A stretch of 64,000 bases of DNA, from the NCBI GenBank assembly GCA_009859145.1, contig VRVR01000025.1:71617-135616 (forward strand), read 5' to 3'. This document shows, one piece after another, positions 61,644-64,000 of the stretch (position 1 is its first letter; each line of letters begins with the position of its first letter). The position numbers were made by a program, and so were the translations under genes. This DNA is from Andalucia godoyi And28. Lineage: Eukaryota; Protista; Jakobida. The notes beneath the pieces were generated by a model, which saw nothing but the letters and a program-made list of their open reading frames with translations, ran no database searches and was not told the DNA's origin.

Positions 61644-62366
61644 TTATCTAAAAAGACTTTCTACCTCTGATACGTTGGCTTTCTTCTTGTAGAACCGTAG
61701 CAGTGCTATTTCATCACATTGATACAGAATTGGGATCTCTTCTTTTGGAACACGTTCTACGACAAAGAAATCCTGCGCCTCGACAAAGAAAAGCGCGTCC
61801 TCCGAACTGCGCAGTTCGTGCGACATTAAGAAAAGGACATCAGGAAAAGCATCCGCAATGTACCGCATCATCCACAGCAGCTTTATCCACTCATTTCGAG
61901 ACGGGTAAACACAGTCGCTCATCAGAACGAGCTCAAATGGAGCAAACGCGTGGACAGTAAGCCACTGCGTAACTCTGGCCTTTTCTTCTTCGGAATCCGC
62001 AGACGGCCATTCAAGCTCCTCGGCCCTTATCGACACGAGCGGACTCGAGGGATCCCCAGGCTTATTCAGCGGATTTTGGTCAATATTCTTTTGAATCAAT
62101 TCAATGAGCGGAGCTTGGTCCGTCGCGCTTATGAAGCATGTTTGTTCACACTGAGCCAACGCAAGCGAAACGGTACCGCAGCCAGACCCAAGCTCAAGAA
62201 CGGACTTACCACGATAGTATTCCTTTGGAATCTTTTCTTCAAGATACGAACATAGCACAAGTGCTGCATCCCAGACTATATGATCCCCAAGTTCCCCTCC
62301 AAATCGCTGCGTAATCGTTAGATTCTTTCCAAAAAACGAAATTTCTCGGTCTCTGTACGACGCCAT
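61644..62366 (-). CDS. Protein-lysine methyltransferase, METTL21/Methyltransf_16 family
   Basis: VWDAALVL, motif I VLELGSGCG, post-I TDQ, motif II LVLMSDCVY. Confidence 0.9.
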   Translation of the reverse strand: MASYRDREISFFGKNLTITQRFGGELGDHIVWDAALVLCSYLEEKIPKEYYRGKSVLELGSGCGTVSLALAQCEQTCFISATDQAPLIELIQKNIDQNPLNKPGDPSSPLVSIRAEELEWPSADSEEEKARVTQWLTVHAFAPFELVLMSDCVYPSRNEWIKLLWMMRYIADAFPDVLFLMSHELRSSEDALFFVEAQDFFVVERVPKEEIPILYQCDEIALLRFYKKKANVSEVESLFR

Positions 62367-62836
62367 TGTTTCGGTGCCCACCTACGCTTCCCCACAACCA
62401 CACTGGCACCCAATGGTAGTAGTCACGACGCAAGTAAACTCACGATCGCCAATGCCAGACTGCACGAATGAGTTGTGAGATGAAATTTCTGCAAGCTTTG
62501 AAAAATGGGGAAGAAAAAATATATATATATAATAAAAAATGGAAAAATCAAAAAGTAATGAAATAATAAAAATATATGTAATAAAATCTCGAATGTTTGG
62601 ACTTCGAGGAATGAATGAAGTTGACTCAAACTTTCCAGAGAGGCGAGGTTTGTCGCGTGATTCTTGTGGACGTCGCAGACGCCAGATTTGCAAAGCTGCA
62701 AGGTTGCAAGGTCTAACAGGGTGACGAGGAGAGGGAGAACGGGGGGACGAAGGCTTTGTACTTGGCAACAGGAGACAGAAGAGAACGGATATGAGACCGT
62801 GAAGATGCACGATTGTGCTGAGGATGTTTTAATTGA

Positions 62837-64000
62837 TCACATCAAGGAACAAGACTTATTATCTTCCGACGAGCCAGATGGCTTGAAGCTGTTCGTAAAC
62901 TTCTTTTGAGAGTGGTATTTTGGGAATTCCTCGTGCAGCTGGTCAATTGCGACGAGAATCCGCCTCAGGGGAAGTGGGTCCACAATTCCAAATTCTTGAA
63001 GATCGCGATCGTTGGAGGACATCAAAGAATACAAGTCAACTTTTGCGGCTTTGAACGGTTTCACAAGCTCAGGGTGTCCAATGGATTTCATGAGCTGCGA
63101 GACATCCGAAGGAGTCTTGAAAATGCGGCCCGCGGACTCCGCAACGACTCGCATGACTGCGCCATCGATCTCCTGATGCAGTTTCTCCTCTGCCTGCCGC
63201 TGCACACGAGCATACTCTGCAGCCTCTTCGATCGAAGTCATAATTGTGCGAATATGATCAGTGTCGGCAATGCCTATGTCGAAAAGCTTCTGTTCGTTCA
63301 CAGAGGACAAAGCAATAATATCTGATTCAAACTCAGCAAATAAGGGACAGTACTGAGACAGTTGAAGGGTATCCAGCCAGGCGGCAATGACGAGACGATT
63401 CGATTCCATGACTTCAGTCGCAATGGACGACTCAGAAGACGCCATTTGAGCGTCATCGTGTTCGGGAACAGCGTTTAGAATGTCGGACGGCGTTGTATCG
63501 TCTTCAAATACAACGCGCTTTGAAGACGCTTTGGATGGCGGAACTGGAGCAGATGAATCGGCGCGTCCTTCAGAAACCGTAATGTGTGACGATTGCGAGA
63601 TCAAGTCCGGGTTAGGAGACGATGGGACAACAGCAAGGGCGGGATCCTCAGAGGAAGCAGCGGCAGTCGAAGAAGAAGTCAGATGTGAAGAAGAGGAGGG
63701 CGGCGATGTTAATGACGCCGATAGACTCTCCTCAGCACTCGGAAAAGAAAGAGCGGTCGGTTCCGACTGAGGGGCCAAGCTAGTAGACCCAATAATTGTG
63801 CTTATCGTCTTCAATGAACTATCATTGCCTGCCTCCGGATTGTACACGGCTTCGCTTTGAATAGTCCCAGTGGCATCAGACAATGATGATGATTGGTTCC
63901 CTGACAGCGACGGAACGGCAGTACTTAGGGTCTGTGCAGGCGATGACTGAGAAGCACTCTGGCTCACACTTGCTGCTGACGACGGTCGCACGGCACTCTG
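62837..64000 (-). CDS. SAM-domain protein, 3' part; runs off the right edge
   Basis: Two SAM-like units (IAAWLDTLQLSQYCPLF...LFDIGIAD; VSQLMKSIGHPELVKPF...DLQEFGIVDPLPLRRILVAI) after a Ser/Pro-rich linker. Confidence 0.75.
   Translation of the reverse strand, partial: QSAVRPSSAASVSQSASQSSPAQTLSTAVPSLSGNQSSSLSDATGTIQSEAVYNPEAGNDSSLKTISTIIGSTSLAPQSEPTALSFPSAEESLSASLTSPPSSSSHLTSSSTAAASSEDPALAVVPSSPNPDLISQSSHITVSEGRADSSAPVPPSKASSKRVVFEDDTTPSDILNAVPEHDDAQMASSESSIATEVMESNRLVIAAWLDTLQLSQYCPLFAEFESDIIALSSVNEQKLFDIGIADTDHIRTIMTSIEEAAEYARVQRQAEEKLHQEIDGAVMRVVAESAGRIFKTPSDVSQLMKSIGHPELVKPFKAAKVDLYSLMSSNDRDLQEFGIVDPLPLRRILVAIDQLHEEFPKYHSQKKFTNSFKPSGSSEDNKSCSLM

Overview
This is a gene-dense, intron-poor eukaryotic nuclear window. 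Axonemal genes suggest a flagellated protist; the taxon is not determinable from the sequence alone. I can support about 30 protein genes: SEC5, ALG1, XPF, PrxQ, ACOT9, a TBC GAP, a CCZ1/HPS4-like protein, PP2C, two GNATs, HSP20, NOL6, a TTLL, RPB8, DnaJ, an arrestin-MABP fusion, RSPH14, CFAP206, a degenerate helicase-dsRBD protein, RPB10, PITRM1, an LRR-IQ protein, CENP-K, a BBE-like oxidase, an FNIP protein, a METTL21-like enzyme and a SAM-domain protein. The few introns are short with GTATG donors. The main unexplained signal is a dispersed family of 5-6 short intergenic elements (9.6, 18.7, 21.7, 25.8, 39.8 and 56.2 kb). They carry decayed fragments of a TnpB/Fanzor2-type nuclease gene (N-terminal HTH, CxxC..CxxC zinc ribbon, RuvC-III 'DRDxNGARNI'). 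These are followed by a structured, omegaRNA-like 3' segment, clearest in the three family A copies (GNRA and UUCG hairpins, a compensatory change, a candidate pseudoknot). A shared (A/G)GTGTA(C/T)AAYGTAG terminus abuts a different flank in every copy. No intact nuclease or transposase is in the window. All homology calls are motif recognition by eye, not database searches.
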